A stretch of DNA of 64,000 nucleotides, taken from an uncultured bacterium. GTDB lineage: Bacteria > Krumholzibacteriota > Krumholzibacteriia > JACNKJ01. Shown here piece after piece: positions 42,275-50,808 of this stretch (positions are counted from its first letter, which is position 1; each line of letters starts with the position of its first letter). Location of the stretch: the NCBI GenBank assembly GCA_963695095.1, contig CAVOFT010000001.1:1376001-1440000 (forward strand). Direction: 5' to 3'. The position numbers and the translations under genes are program-made. The notes under the pieces are model-generated. The model saw only the letters and a program-made list of their open reading frames with translations, made no database searches and had not been told where the DNA came from.

Positions 42275-42565
42275 GCCTCCCCTCCCTTGCTCGCACGCGC
42301 TTTCCTGCGCGCGCGACAGCAGCATGGCGGGAAGGCGTTACGCGGCCGTTACGCGCGGGAGCCTACGCCCGAATTGGCTCTGGTATTAGCCGGCAGCGCG
42401 CGCTACTGTGGACGCGACTCGGCCCGAGCGGCTGAGGGGCCCAGAAGCCATGTCCGCGCACAGGACGCACTCGCCGCTCTTTCGCCGCCGTTCCGTCGCT
42501 CGCGTACTGGGGCGATCCTGCACACCGGAGACGATCCGCTCCGCAATTACCGGGATACGCAAGCG

Positions 42566-43957
42566 ATGACACTCTATCTGATCAATCCCTCCAATCCACT
42601 CGTCAGCATGGCCAAGGTCAAGGAGAACAAGTGGAATCGCTATCGAGTGTGGAAGCCCCTCGGTCTGATGGTCCTGGCCGGCCTGACCCCCGCCGAGTGG
42701 GAAGTTACCATTCTCGATGAGAATCTCGGCGTCCCGGACTACGATGCGCTGCCCCGGCCGGACCTGGTGGGGATCACGGCCTTCACCTCACAGGCGAATC
42801 GGGCCTACGAGATCGCCGGTCACTATCGGCGACTCGGCGTGCCAGTGGTCATGGGCGGCATCCATGCCACGATGTGTCTGGAAGAAGTCCAGGCCCGCGT
42901 GGACGGCGTGGTCACGGGCGAGGCGGAAGGCGTCTGGGCGCGGCTCCTGGCCGATGTCCAGCGCGGGCAGCTCGCGCCGCGCTACGAGGGCGCCCTGGCG
43001 GGGATCGATCAGGTCCCGCCGGCGCGTCACGATTTGCTGGCCTCGGGCTATGCCTTCGGCGCCATCCAGACCACGCGCGGCTGTCCGCTGAACTGTAGCT
43101 TCTGCAGCGTCACCGCCTTCAACGGCGCCCGCTACCGGATGCGATCGATCCCCGATGTCATCGGCGAGTTCCGGCTGGTCCGCGAGAAGCGCGTGCTGGT
43201 GGTCGACGACAACCTCATCGGCACCAGCGCCGCCCATATCGCCCGCGCCAAGGATCTCTTCCGCGCCATGATCGCGGCCAAGCTGAACAAGGACTGGATC
43301 GCCCAGGCGACGATCAATGTGGCCGACGATGAGGAGCTACTCGGCCTGGCGGCGAAGGCCGGCTGTCGGGGCTTCTTCATCGGCTTCGAATCACCGAGCC
43401 CCGAAGGCCTGCGCGAAGTCAGCAAGAAGTTCAATCTTCTGAAGGACCGGGACTTCCGGGCCTCCGTGCGACGTATCCAGCGGCACGGCATCCTCGTCGT
43501 GGGCTCATTCATCATCGGCCTGGATGTGGACAAGCCCGGCATCGGCAAGCGCATCGCCGAGGTCGCCAGCGAGTACGGCGTGGACAGCTTGAACGCGCTG
43601 TACTTGACGCCGCTGCCCGGCACACGCCTCTGGGACCAGATGCAGGCCGACGACCGCATCGCGCTCAACACCTTCCCCGCGGACTGGCAGTACTACACGC
43701 TGACCTTCCCCGTCGCCCGCTACAAGCACCTATCCGTGGATGCGATCAACGCCGAGATGCTCGCCTGCGATCGCGCCTTCTACTCGATCCCCCGCATCCT
43801 GAACAGGGTCTGGAGCAACTTCTGGGGTCGGCGTCAGCCCTTGATCAGCCTGGTGGGAAATCTCTCCTACCGCAGAAACCACGACTTGAGCGCGGAGGCC
43901 TACCTGACCTTCCGCCGCTACCTGGCCGCCACCGCTGTGGCCGGGTCCGCGCGGTGA
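42566..43957 (+). CDS. B12-binding radical SAM protein
   Basis: PLGLMVLAGLTP, VVMGGIHAT, TTRGCPLNCSFC (CxxxCxxC), IGFES, TPLPGT. Confidence 0.9.
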   Translation: MTLYLINPSNPLVSMAKVKENKWNRYRVWKPLGLMVLAGLTPAEWEVTILDENLGVPDYDALPRPDLVGITAFTSQANRAYEIAGHYRRLGVPVVMGGIHATMCLEEVQARVDGVVTGEAEGVWARLLADVQRGQLAPRYEGALAGIDQVPPARHDLLASGYAFGAIQTTRGCPLNCSFCSVTAFNGARYRMRSIPDVIGEFRLVREKRVLVVDDNLIGTSAAHIARAKDLFRAMIAAKLNKDWIAQATINVADDEELLGLAAKAGCRGFFIGFESPSPEGLREVSKKFNLLKDRDFRASVRRIQRHGILVVGSFIIGLDVDKPGIGKRIAEVASEYGVDSLNALYLTPLPGTRLWDQMQADDRIALNTFPADWQYYTLTFPVARYKHLSVDAINAEMLACDRAFYSIPRILNRVWSNFWGRRQPLISLVGNLSYRRNHDLSAEAYLTFRRYLAATAVAGSAR

Positions 43958-43973
43958 ATACCCTCGTCCCGGA

Positions 43974-45350
43974 GTGCTGCTCGTGAGCGACCCGCTCTTC
44001 TGGCATCGCCTGCAGTTCGGCTTCACGATCACCTTTCACTACCTCTTTCCGCAGCTGACGATGGGCCTGGCCCTGCTCATCGTCGTCATGAAGGCCCTCG
44101 GACTGCGCGGCGGCGGCGAGGCCTGGAACGACGCCGCGCGCTTCTGGATCCGCCTTTTCGGCCTTGCCTTCGCGATGGGTGTGGTCACCGGCCTGCCGAT
44201 GGAGTTCCAATTCGGCACCAACTGGGCGGTCTTCACAGCCAAGACGGGCGGCGTCATCGGCCAGACCCTGGCCATGGAGGGCATCTTCGCCTTCTTCCTC
44301 GAGTCCAGCGTTCTCGCCGTGCTGCTCTTCGGCGAGCGGCGCTTCGGCCCGCGGCTGCACGCCCTGGCCGCCCTCGCGCTTTTCATCGGCAGCTGGCTGT
44401 CGGGTTACTTCATCATCGCGACGAACGCCTTCATGCAGCACCCGGTGGGCCACTCCGTGGATGCCGCGGGCAATTTCCAGATCGCCCGGCTGACGGCCTT
44501 CGTCTTCAGCCCTTGGGCGATTGTCGAGTTCCTGCACAACCAGGTGGCCGCGGTCGTCACCGGCGCCTTTGCGATGGCGGCGGTGGGGGCTTTCTGGACC
44601 CTGCGCCGGGAGCACACCGAGCTCGCCGCGCGCTCGCTGCGCACCGGCGTGATCGCCGGGCTCGCCGCCTCCGTGCTGGTGACCTTCCCCACGGGGCACG
44701 AGCAAGGGCGCCTCGTGGCCGCGCACCAGCCCGTCGCCCTGGCCGCCATGGAAGGGCGCTTCGAGAGCGGACCGCGCGCGCCGCTGGCGATGATCGGCCA
44801 GCCCAACGTCGCCGAGCGCAAGCTCGACAACCCCATCCGGCTGCCGGCCGTACTCTCCTGGATCGCCTACGGGAGCTTTTCGGCCAATGTGAACGGCCTG
44901 ACGGCCTACCCGGAGACGGACTGGCCCGCGAACATCGAACTGCTCTTCTACGCCTTCCACATCATGGTGGGCCTGGGCACGCTGTTCGTCGGCGTGATGG
45001 GAATCGCCGCGCTCCTGCTCTGGCGCAGGCGGCTCGACCGCGCCCGCTGGCTGCTGTGGACGCTGGCGCTGGCCTTTCCCTTTCCCTTCATCGCCAATAC
45101 GGCCGGCTGGCTGACGGCCGAACTGGGCCGCCAGCCCTGGCTCATCTACGGTCTGTTGCGCACGGCTGCCGGCAGCTCGCCGACCGTGCACGCCGGCGCC
45201 ACGCTTTTCACCACCCTCGGGTTCGCCGGCCTCTACTTCGTGCTCGGCGCGCTCTTTCTTGCCCTGGTCGCGCGGGAGATCCAGCATGGGCCCCAACCGC
45301 TCAGGGCGGCGGTCGCAGCCGCGGCAGCACAGCACGGAGAGGACGCATGA
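43974..45350 (+). CDS. cydA: Cytochrome bd ubiquinol oxidase subunit I
   Basis: RLQFGFTITFHYLF, EFQFGTNW, NAFMQHP, QPVALAAMEG, AELGRQPW. Confidence 0.95.
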   Translation: MLLVSDPLFWHRLQFGFTITFHYLFPQLTMGLALLIVVMKALGLRGGGEAWNDAARFWIRLFGLAFAMGVVTGLPMEFQFGTNWAVFTAKTGGVIGQTLAMEGIFAFFLESSVLAVLLFGERRFGPRLHALAALALFIGSWLSGYFIIATNAFMQHPVGHSVDAAGNFQIARLTAFVFSPWAIVEFLHNQVAAVVTGAFAMAAVGAFWTLRREHTELAARSLRTGVIAGLAASVLVTFPTGHEQGRLVAAHQPVALAAMEGRFESGPRAPLAMIGQPNVAERKLDNPIRLPAVLSWIAYGSFSANVNGLTAYPETDWPANIELLFYAFHIMVGLGTLFVGVMGIAALLLWRRRLDRARWLLWTLALAFPFPFIANTAGWLTAELGRQPWLIYGLLRTAAGSSPTVHAGATLFTTLGFAGLYFVLGALFLALVAREIQHGPQPLRAAVAAAAAQHGEDA

Positions 45351-46390
45351 TGGAGACTGCCTGGTACGCCATCGCCGCGTTCACGCTGGCCGCCTACGTG
45401 GTGATGGATGGCTTCGATCTCGGTGCGGGCGCCCTCCACCTGTGGGTAGCGCGCGCCGATGGGGAGCGGCGCCAGGTGCTAGCCGCCATCGGTCCCTTCT
45501 GGGACGGCAACGAAGTCTGGCTGCTCGCCGCGGGCGGCGTGCTCTTTCTCGCCTTTCCGAAGGCGCTGGCGGCTGGGCTCTCGGGCTTCTACCTGGCGAT
45601 CATGCTCCTGCTCTGGCTGCTCATCCTGCGCGGCATCGCTATCGAGTTTCGCTCCCATGTCGGCGACGGCATGTGGCGCAGCTTCTGGGATGCCACCTTC
45701 GGCCTCGCCTCGACACTGCTGCCCCTGCTCTTCGGCGCCGCCCTCGGCAACCTGATCCGCGGCGTGCCGCTGGATGGGGAAGGCTGGTTCGCACTGGCTC
45801 TGTTCGCCTCCTTCTCGCCGCGGGGAGCCTCGGGGCTCCTGGACTGGTTCACGCTGCTGACCGGGCTGCTTGCCCTCGCTGCCATCGCACACCATGGTGC
45901 GCTCTTTCTCGCCTGGAAGACCACGGGTCCGGTGCGCGAGCGCAGCCGCCGCTCTGCCGGCCTGCTCTTCCCGATGGTGCTGGGGCTTTGGGCGTTGACG
46001 ACGGCGGCCACCGTCCTCCTCGCGCCCGCCCTCTTCGCCGCCCTCGCGGCGCGGCCGCTGGCCTGGGCGGCCAGCGGCCTCTTCGTGGTCGGCTTTGCGG
46101 GCAGTCTTGCCGCCCGCCGCGCCGGGCACGATCTGCTGGCCTTCCTGGGCTCCGGCGCCTTCCTCCTCGGTCTCCTCGGCGCTACGGCCACCGCGCTCTA
46201 CCCGGCCCTGATCCCCGCGACGGATCCGGCGCTCTCGCTGACTGCGGCCGGCTGCGCGTCCAGCCCCGAGTCGCTGGCGGCGGGTCTGCGCTGGTGGCCG
46301 GCAGGCTTCGCCCTTGCCGTCGCCTACGTCGTCATCGTCTTTCGCCTGCACCGGGGCCGGGCTCGGGCGGCAGACGACGACGCTTACTGA
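45347..46390 (+). CDS. cydB: Cytochrome bd ubiquinol oxidase subunit II
   Basis: MDGFDLGAG, GPFWDGNEVWL, LRGIAIEFR; ATGA overlap with cydA. Confidence 0.95.
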   Translation: MMETAWYAIAAFTLAAYVVMDGFDLGAGALHLWVARADGERRQVLAAIGPFWDGNEVWLLAAGGVLFLAFPKALAAGLSGFYLAIMLLLWLLILRGIAIEFRSHVGDGMWRSFWDATFGLASTLLPLLFGAALGNLIRGVPLDGEGWFALALFASFSPRGASGLLDWFTLLTGLLALAAIAHHGALFLAWKTTGPVRERSRRSAGLLFPMVLGLWALTTAATVLLAPALFAALAARPLAWAASGLFVVGFAGSLAARRAGHDLLAFLGSGAFLLGLLGATATALYPALIPATDPALSLTAAGCASSPESLAAGLRWWPAGFALAVAYVVIVFRLHRGRARAADDDAY

Positions 46391-46609
46391 ACCAGGGCGA
46401 GAGCGCCCGGAGAGCGGCCGCCCAGGGCCGCTGCGTCGATTCCGCTTCCATCCCTGATCACCAGCAGCTATGGTGAGAGATCAACATCTGGGCGGTCTTG
46501 CGCGATCGGCGGCGAACGCCGCATCCATTCCAGAGATCTGCGCAGCCCTGCACGCCCATCTGCTCACCCAGCTTCGAGCGCTCTCCTCGGGACGGAAGGG
46601 GATCTTGGC

Positions 46610-47206
46610 ATGTCATCTCTATTGGAAGGTCTCATGGGCCAGCTTGGCGGAGGCGCCCTGGCCGGGCTCAGCCGCCAGCTCGGCACGGACACGAAGCAGA
46701 CCCAGGCCGGGATCGCGGCCGCTCTGCCCATGCTGCTCGGGGCGCTGTCCCGCAACAGCGAGAGCGGCGCCGGCGCCAGCGCGCTCAGCGCCGCCCTCGA
46801 TCGGGACCACGACGGCGGCATCCTCAACGATCCGGCCGGCTTTCTCGGGCAGGGCGATACCGCCCCCGGCGCGGGCATCCTGAAGCACTTGTTCGCCGAC
46901 AAGCAGACGCGGGTCGCGAACGGGCTCAGCCAGGCGACCGGCATGGACGGCGCCGCGGCCGGCAAGCTGCTTGCCCTGCTGGCGCCCATGGTTCTGGGTG
47001 CCCTGGGCAGGGCCAAGCGACAGGGCAATCTGGATCCCGCCCAGCTCTCCAGCTATCTGGGCAAGGAGCGGCAGGCCGTCGAGAAGGCGGCGCCGCAGCA
47101 GCTAGGGGCCTTGAACCGCATGCTCGACGCCGACGGCGACGGCGACGTGGATCTCTCGGATCTGCTCAAGCAGGGCAGTCTCTTGGGCAAGCTCTTCGGC
47201 CGCTAG
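46610..47206 (+). CDS. DUF937-like protein
   Basis: ALPMLLGAL..N, ALDRDHDG, GILKHLF, LLAPMVLGALG, LDADGDGDVDLSD. Confidence 0.75.
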   Translation: MSSLLEGLMGQLGGGALAGLSRQLGTDTKQTQAGIAAALPMLLGALSRNSESGAGASALSAALDRDHDGGILNDPAGFLGQGDTAPGAGILKHLFADKQTRVANGLSQATGMDGAAAGKLLALLAPMVLGALGRAKRQGNLDPAQLSSYLGKERQAVEKAAPQQLGALNRMLDADGDGDVDLSDLLKQGSLLGKLFGR

Positions 47207-47254
47207 GGAGTTCCTCTGGCTGAGGATCACATTGCCACCACAAGGAGGATGACC

Positions 47255-47764
47255 ATGGGACTCATCGATTTCGTCAAGGACGCCGGCGAGAAGCTGTTCG
47301 GCAAGAGCAAGGCGGAGCAGGCGGCCGCGGAGACCGCGCAGGCAGCGCAGGCCGCTGAAGCCAAGGCTGCCGAGGCTGCCGTGAACCGCGCCAAGGCCGA
47401 CGCCCTGGCCGCGCAGATCCGGGCCCTCGGCTTGAAGGTCGAGCATCTCGAGCTCGAGTTCGCAAGCGGCGTGGCTCGCGTGGCGGGCAGCACACCCACG
47501 CAGGGCGACAAGGAGAAGATCATCCTGGTGCTGGGCAACACGCGGGGCGTGGCGCAGGTGGACGACCAGCTCGTCGTCGTGAAGCCGGCGCCCGAGGCCG
47601 CGCTCTACACGGTGCAGTCGGGCGACACGCTCTCGAAGATCGCCAAGGCGCACTACGGCGACGCCGCCAAGTATCCGCTCGTCTTCGCCGCCAATCAGCC
47701 CATGCTCAGCGATCCGAACAAGATCTACCCGGGCCAGGTGCTGCGCATTCCGGCCCAGAGCTGA
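47255..47764 (+). CDS. BON-LysM protein (Kbp/YgaU-like)
   Basis: MGLIDFVKDAGEKLFG; LGNTRGVAQVDDQL; YTVQSGDTLSKIAK...DPNKIYPGQVLRIP. Confidence 0.9.
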   Translation: MGLIDFVKDAGEKLFGKSKAEQAAAETAQAAQAAEAKAAEAAVNRAKADALAAQIRALGLKVEHLELEFASGVARVAGSTPTQGDKEKIILVLGNTRGVAQVDDQLVVVKPAPEAALYTVQSGDTLSKIAKAHYGDAAKYPLVFAANQPMLSDPNKIYPGQVLRIPAQS

Positions 47765-47841
47765 AGCATCGACATCGCGGAGCGCGCCCGGCGCGTTCCG
47801 CGGGGTACCCGACTGCGAGAGAAACCACAGAGGAGCCAAGC

Positions 47842-48048
47842 ATGAGCATCGTCAAGGTCATCGAAGTCATCGCCACCTCGAAGAAGAGCTGGGACGACGC
47901 CGCCCAGAACGCCGTCACCGAGGCCGGCAAGACGGTCAAGAACATCAAGCAGATCTACGTGGAGAACATGACCGCCACGGTGGATGCCAAGGGCAAGATC
48001 TCCGAGTTCCGCATCAACGGGAAGATCTCCTTCGTCGTTTCGGGCTGA
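47842..48048 (+). CDS. Dodecin family protein
   Basis: KVIEVIATSKKSWDDAAQNAV...KTVKNI...KISF. Confidence 0.85.
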   Translation: MSIVKVIEVIATSKKSWDDAAQNAVTEAGKTVKNIKQIYVENMTATVDAKGKISEFRINGKISFVVSG

Positions 48049-48199
48049 GCCGGCGGACAAGAGAGGCCGGGAACTCGGCGTGGGGCGATGATCTCCCCCG
48101 CCGGGCCTTCGCCGATTGACCCGAGCGGCTGGCCGCCTCGGGGGCATCCAGGGTATAATGGGGGCTGGATTGCCTAGCCCCCTCGCCCTGGAGCTCAGC

Positions 48200-50737
48200 A
48201 TGCGCCGCCCGCTTCTCGTCCTCGCAGGTCTCGCGCTCGTCGCTCTCGTTCTCGTGCTGGTCCCGCCCTTCCGCAGCCGGGATGCCGAACCCCCCCGCGA
48301 GCCCAACCAGCGCCCCAACGACTGGTTCTGGCGGCAGCGCGCCGACGAGGCCGGCGAGATCAGCCAGGCCGCCCTCGAGCGGGCTCTGGCTCAGGCCGCG
48401 GCCAAGGAGCGAGGCGGCGCCCTGCTCGGCCGCGCGACCTGGACGCAGGCGGGGCCGACGAACATCGGCGCCCGCGTGACCGACCTCGCCGTGCACCCCA
48501 CCGATGCCGACATCGCCTATGCGGCGATGGCCAGCGGCGGCATCTTCCGGACTGCCGACGGCGGCGCGAGCTGGACGCCCATCTTCGACGAGCAGGCCGT
48601 CCTGCCGGTGGGGGCCGTGGCTCTCGATCCGAGCAACCCGGAGGTCCTCTACGCCGGCACCGGCGAGGCCAACGCGGCCAGCCTCAGCTTCTTCGGCCTG
48701 GGTGTCTTCAAGTCCCTGGACGCGGGCGCGAGCTGGGAGCACCTGGGCCTGGCCGCGACCCGCTACATCGGGCGCATCCTCGTGGACCCCACGGACGGCC
48801 AGCGCGTCTACGTGGCGGCCAGCGGCAAGCTCTTCGGCACGAACCCCGAGCGCGGCGTCTATCGCAGCCTCGATGCCGGCGGCAGCTGGGAGCGCGTCTT
48901 CGCCCTCACCGACTCGACGGCCTGCATCGACCTGGCGCTGAATCCGCAAAGCCCGCAGGTGCTCTACGCGGCGATGTGGGAGCGCGTGCGCGGGCTCAAC
49001 TATCGCCGCTCCGGCGGGCCGAGCAGCGGGCTCTGGCGCAGCCAGGACGGCGGCGACTCCTGGCAAGAGCTGACCAGTGGCCTGCCCACGGACAGCGACG
49101 TGGGCCGCATCGGCATCTCCCTCTGCGCCGGGGCGCCCGGCACGCTCTACGCGATCTATGCCGACGCCAGCGCCTACTTCCGCGGCGTCTACAAGAGCAC
49201 GAACGGCGGCGACTCGTGGTCCCAGGTCAACGATGGCGCCTTGGCGGGCATGTACAGCAACTTCGGCTGGTGGTTCGGCAACATCCGCGTCGATCCGGTC
49301 AACGCCGACAACGTCATCGCCCTCGGCCTCTACGCCTACCGCAGCACGAACGGCGGCGCGAGCTGGAGCGAGACGGGCAGCAGCATGCACGTGGATCACC
49401 ACGCGCTGGCCTTCGCGCCTTCCCTGCCCAATCGCGTCTACGCGGGCAATGACGGCGGCCTCTATCGCTCGGCCAACAGCGGCGGCAGCTGGACCAAGCT
49501 CTACGATCAGCCGACCAGCCAGTTCTACGCCATCGCCGTCGACTACCAGAATCCCCAGCGGCTCTACGGCGGCACCCAGGACAATGGCACCCTGCGCACC
49601 TGGACCGGCGCCACCGGCGACTGGGAGATGATCTACGGCGGCGACGGCTTCTACACCCTCGTCGATCCGACGAACGCGAACACGATCTACGCCGAGTACC
49701 AGTACGGCGGCCTCGGCAAGTCGACCAACGGCGGCGGCAGCTTCAACGCTGCAACCAGCGGCATCGCGAGCGGCGACCGCCGCAACTGGTCGACGCCGGT
49801 GGTGATGGATCCGGCCACTCCGCAGACGCTCTACTACGGCACCTACCGCGTGTACCGCAGCACGAATGGCGCCGGCTCCTGGAGCGCGATCAGCGGCGAT
49901 CTGACCGACGGCGACCACGGCGGCAACTTCGGTACGATCACCACGATCGCCGTCGGACCGCAGGACCCGAACCTGATCGTCGCCGGCACCGATGACGGCC
50001 GCGTGCGCCTGAGCACCAACGGCGGCGGCCTGTGGACGGCCGTGGACGCTCAGCTGCCGCGCCGCTGGGTGACCCGCGTCGCCATCGATCCCGCGGACGG
50101 TCAGGTGCTCTACGCGACCTACTCGGGCCTGCGCTGGGAGGGAATCGGCCATGTCTATCGAAGTCAGGATCAGGGCGCGACCTGGCTCGACGTCACGGGC
50201 GACCTGCCGGCGGCTCCCGTCAACGCGCTCGTCGCCGATCCTGACCTGCCCGATCGCATCTACGTCGGCACGGACGTCGGCGTGTACACGAGCGAGCAGC
50301 CCGGCGGCAGCTGGCAGCCCCTGGCCGGCGGCCTGCCGCGCGCGCCGGTGCTCGACCTCGCGCTGCACCGGCCCACGCGCACGCTCGTGGCCGGCACGCA
50401 CGGGCGGTCCATGTTCCGCCTCGCGCTCGACGAGCTGACATCTGCGCCCGCCGCGCCGCTCGCCGCGCGCCTGCTGGCGCCGCATCCGAATCCCTTCAAC
50501 CCGCAGACGACCCTGCGCTTCGCGCTCGACGCGCCCGCGCGGGCGCGCCTGTCCATCGTCGACGCGCGCGGCCGCGAACTGCGCGTGCTGCTGGACCAGG
50601 CCCTGCCCGCGGGCGAGCGCGCGCTGGTCTGGGACGGCAAGGACGGCGAGGGGCGCACCCTGCCCTCGGGCGTCTACTTCGCGCGGCTGGCCCTGCCCAC
50701 GGGCAGCGCGGCGCGCAAGCTCGTGCTTCTTCGCTAG
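48200..50737 (+). CDS. Secreted VPS10/BNR-repeat double beta-propeller protein with FlgD-Ig C-terminal domain
   Basis: About ten S.(D/N)GG.SW Asp-boxes, GPTNIGARV, YAGTGE, GGTQDNGT, GTHGRS; HPNPFNPQT...LPSGVYF...KLVLLR. Confidence 0.85.
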   Translation: MRRPLLVLAGLALVALVLVLVPPFRSRDAEPPREPNQRPNDWFWRQRADEAGEISQAALERALAQAAAKERGGALLGRATWTQAGPTNIGARVTDLAVHPTDADIAYAAMASGGIFRTADGGASWTPIFDEQAVLPVGAVALDPSNPEVLYAGTGEANAASLSFFGLGVFKSLDAGASWEHLGLAATRYIGRILVDPTDGQRVYVAASGKLFGTNPERGVYRSLDAGGSWERVFALTDSTACIDLALNPQSPQVLYAAMWERVRGLNYRRSGGPSSGLWRSQDGGDSWQELTSGLPTDSDVGRIGISLCAGAPGTLYAIYADASAYFRGVYKSTNGGDSWSQVNDGALAGMYSNFGWWFGNIRVDPVNADNVIALGLYAYRSTNGGASWSETGSSMHVDHHALAFAPSLPNRVYAGNDGGLYRSANSGGSWTKLYDQPTSQFYAIAVDYQNPQRLYGGTQDNGTLRTWTGATGDWEMIYGGDGFYTLVDPTNANTIYAEYQYGGLGKSTNGGGSFNAATSGIASGDRRNWSTPVVMDPATPQTLYYGTYRVYRSTNGAGSWSAISGDLTDGDHGGNFGTITTIAVGPQDPNLIVAGTDDGRVRLSTNGGGLWTAVDAQLPRRWVTRVAIDPADGQVLYATYSGLRWEGIGHVYRSQDQGATWLDVTGDLPAAPVNALVADPDLPDRIYVGTDVGVYTSEQPGGSWQPLAGGLPRAPVLDLALHRPTRTLVAGTHGRSMFRLALDELTSAPAAPLAARLLAPHPNPFNPQTTLRFALDAPARARLSIVDARGRELRVLLDQALPAGERALVWDGKDGEGRTLPSGVYFARLALPTGSAARKLVLLR

Positions 50738-50808
50738 CGCGGCTCGCGCTTGCCGCCGCGCGGAGGGCTCGCTACACTCGCCGCTTACCTCGGCGAAAGC
50801 GAGTCCTC

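Noticed and set aside
35560..42300. Integron cassette array of small genes
   Set aside because: No RYYYAAC...GTTRRRY attC sites recognised, mixed orientations, no intI.
48116..48159. TTGACC ... TATAAT promoter upstream of the BNR exoprotein
   Set aside because: Spacing of about 30 nt is too long; only the -10 is credible.
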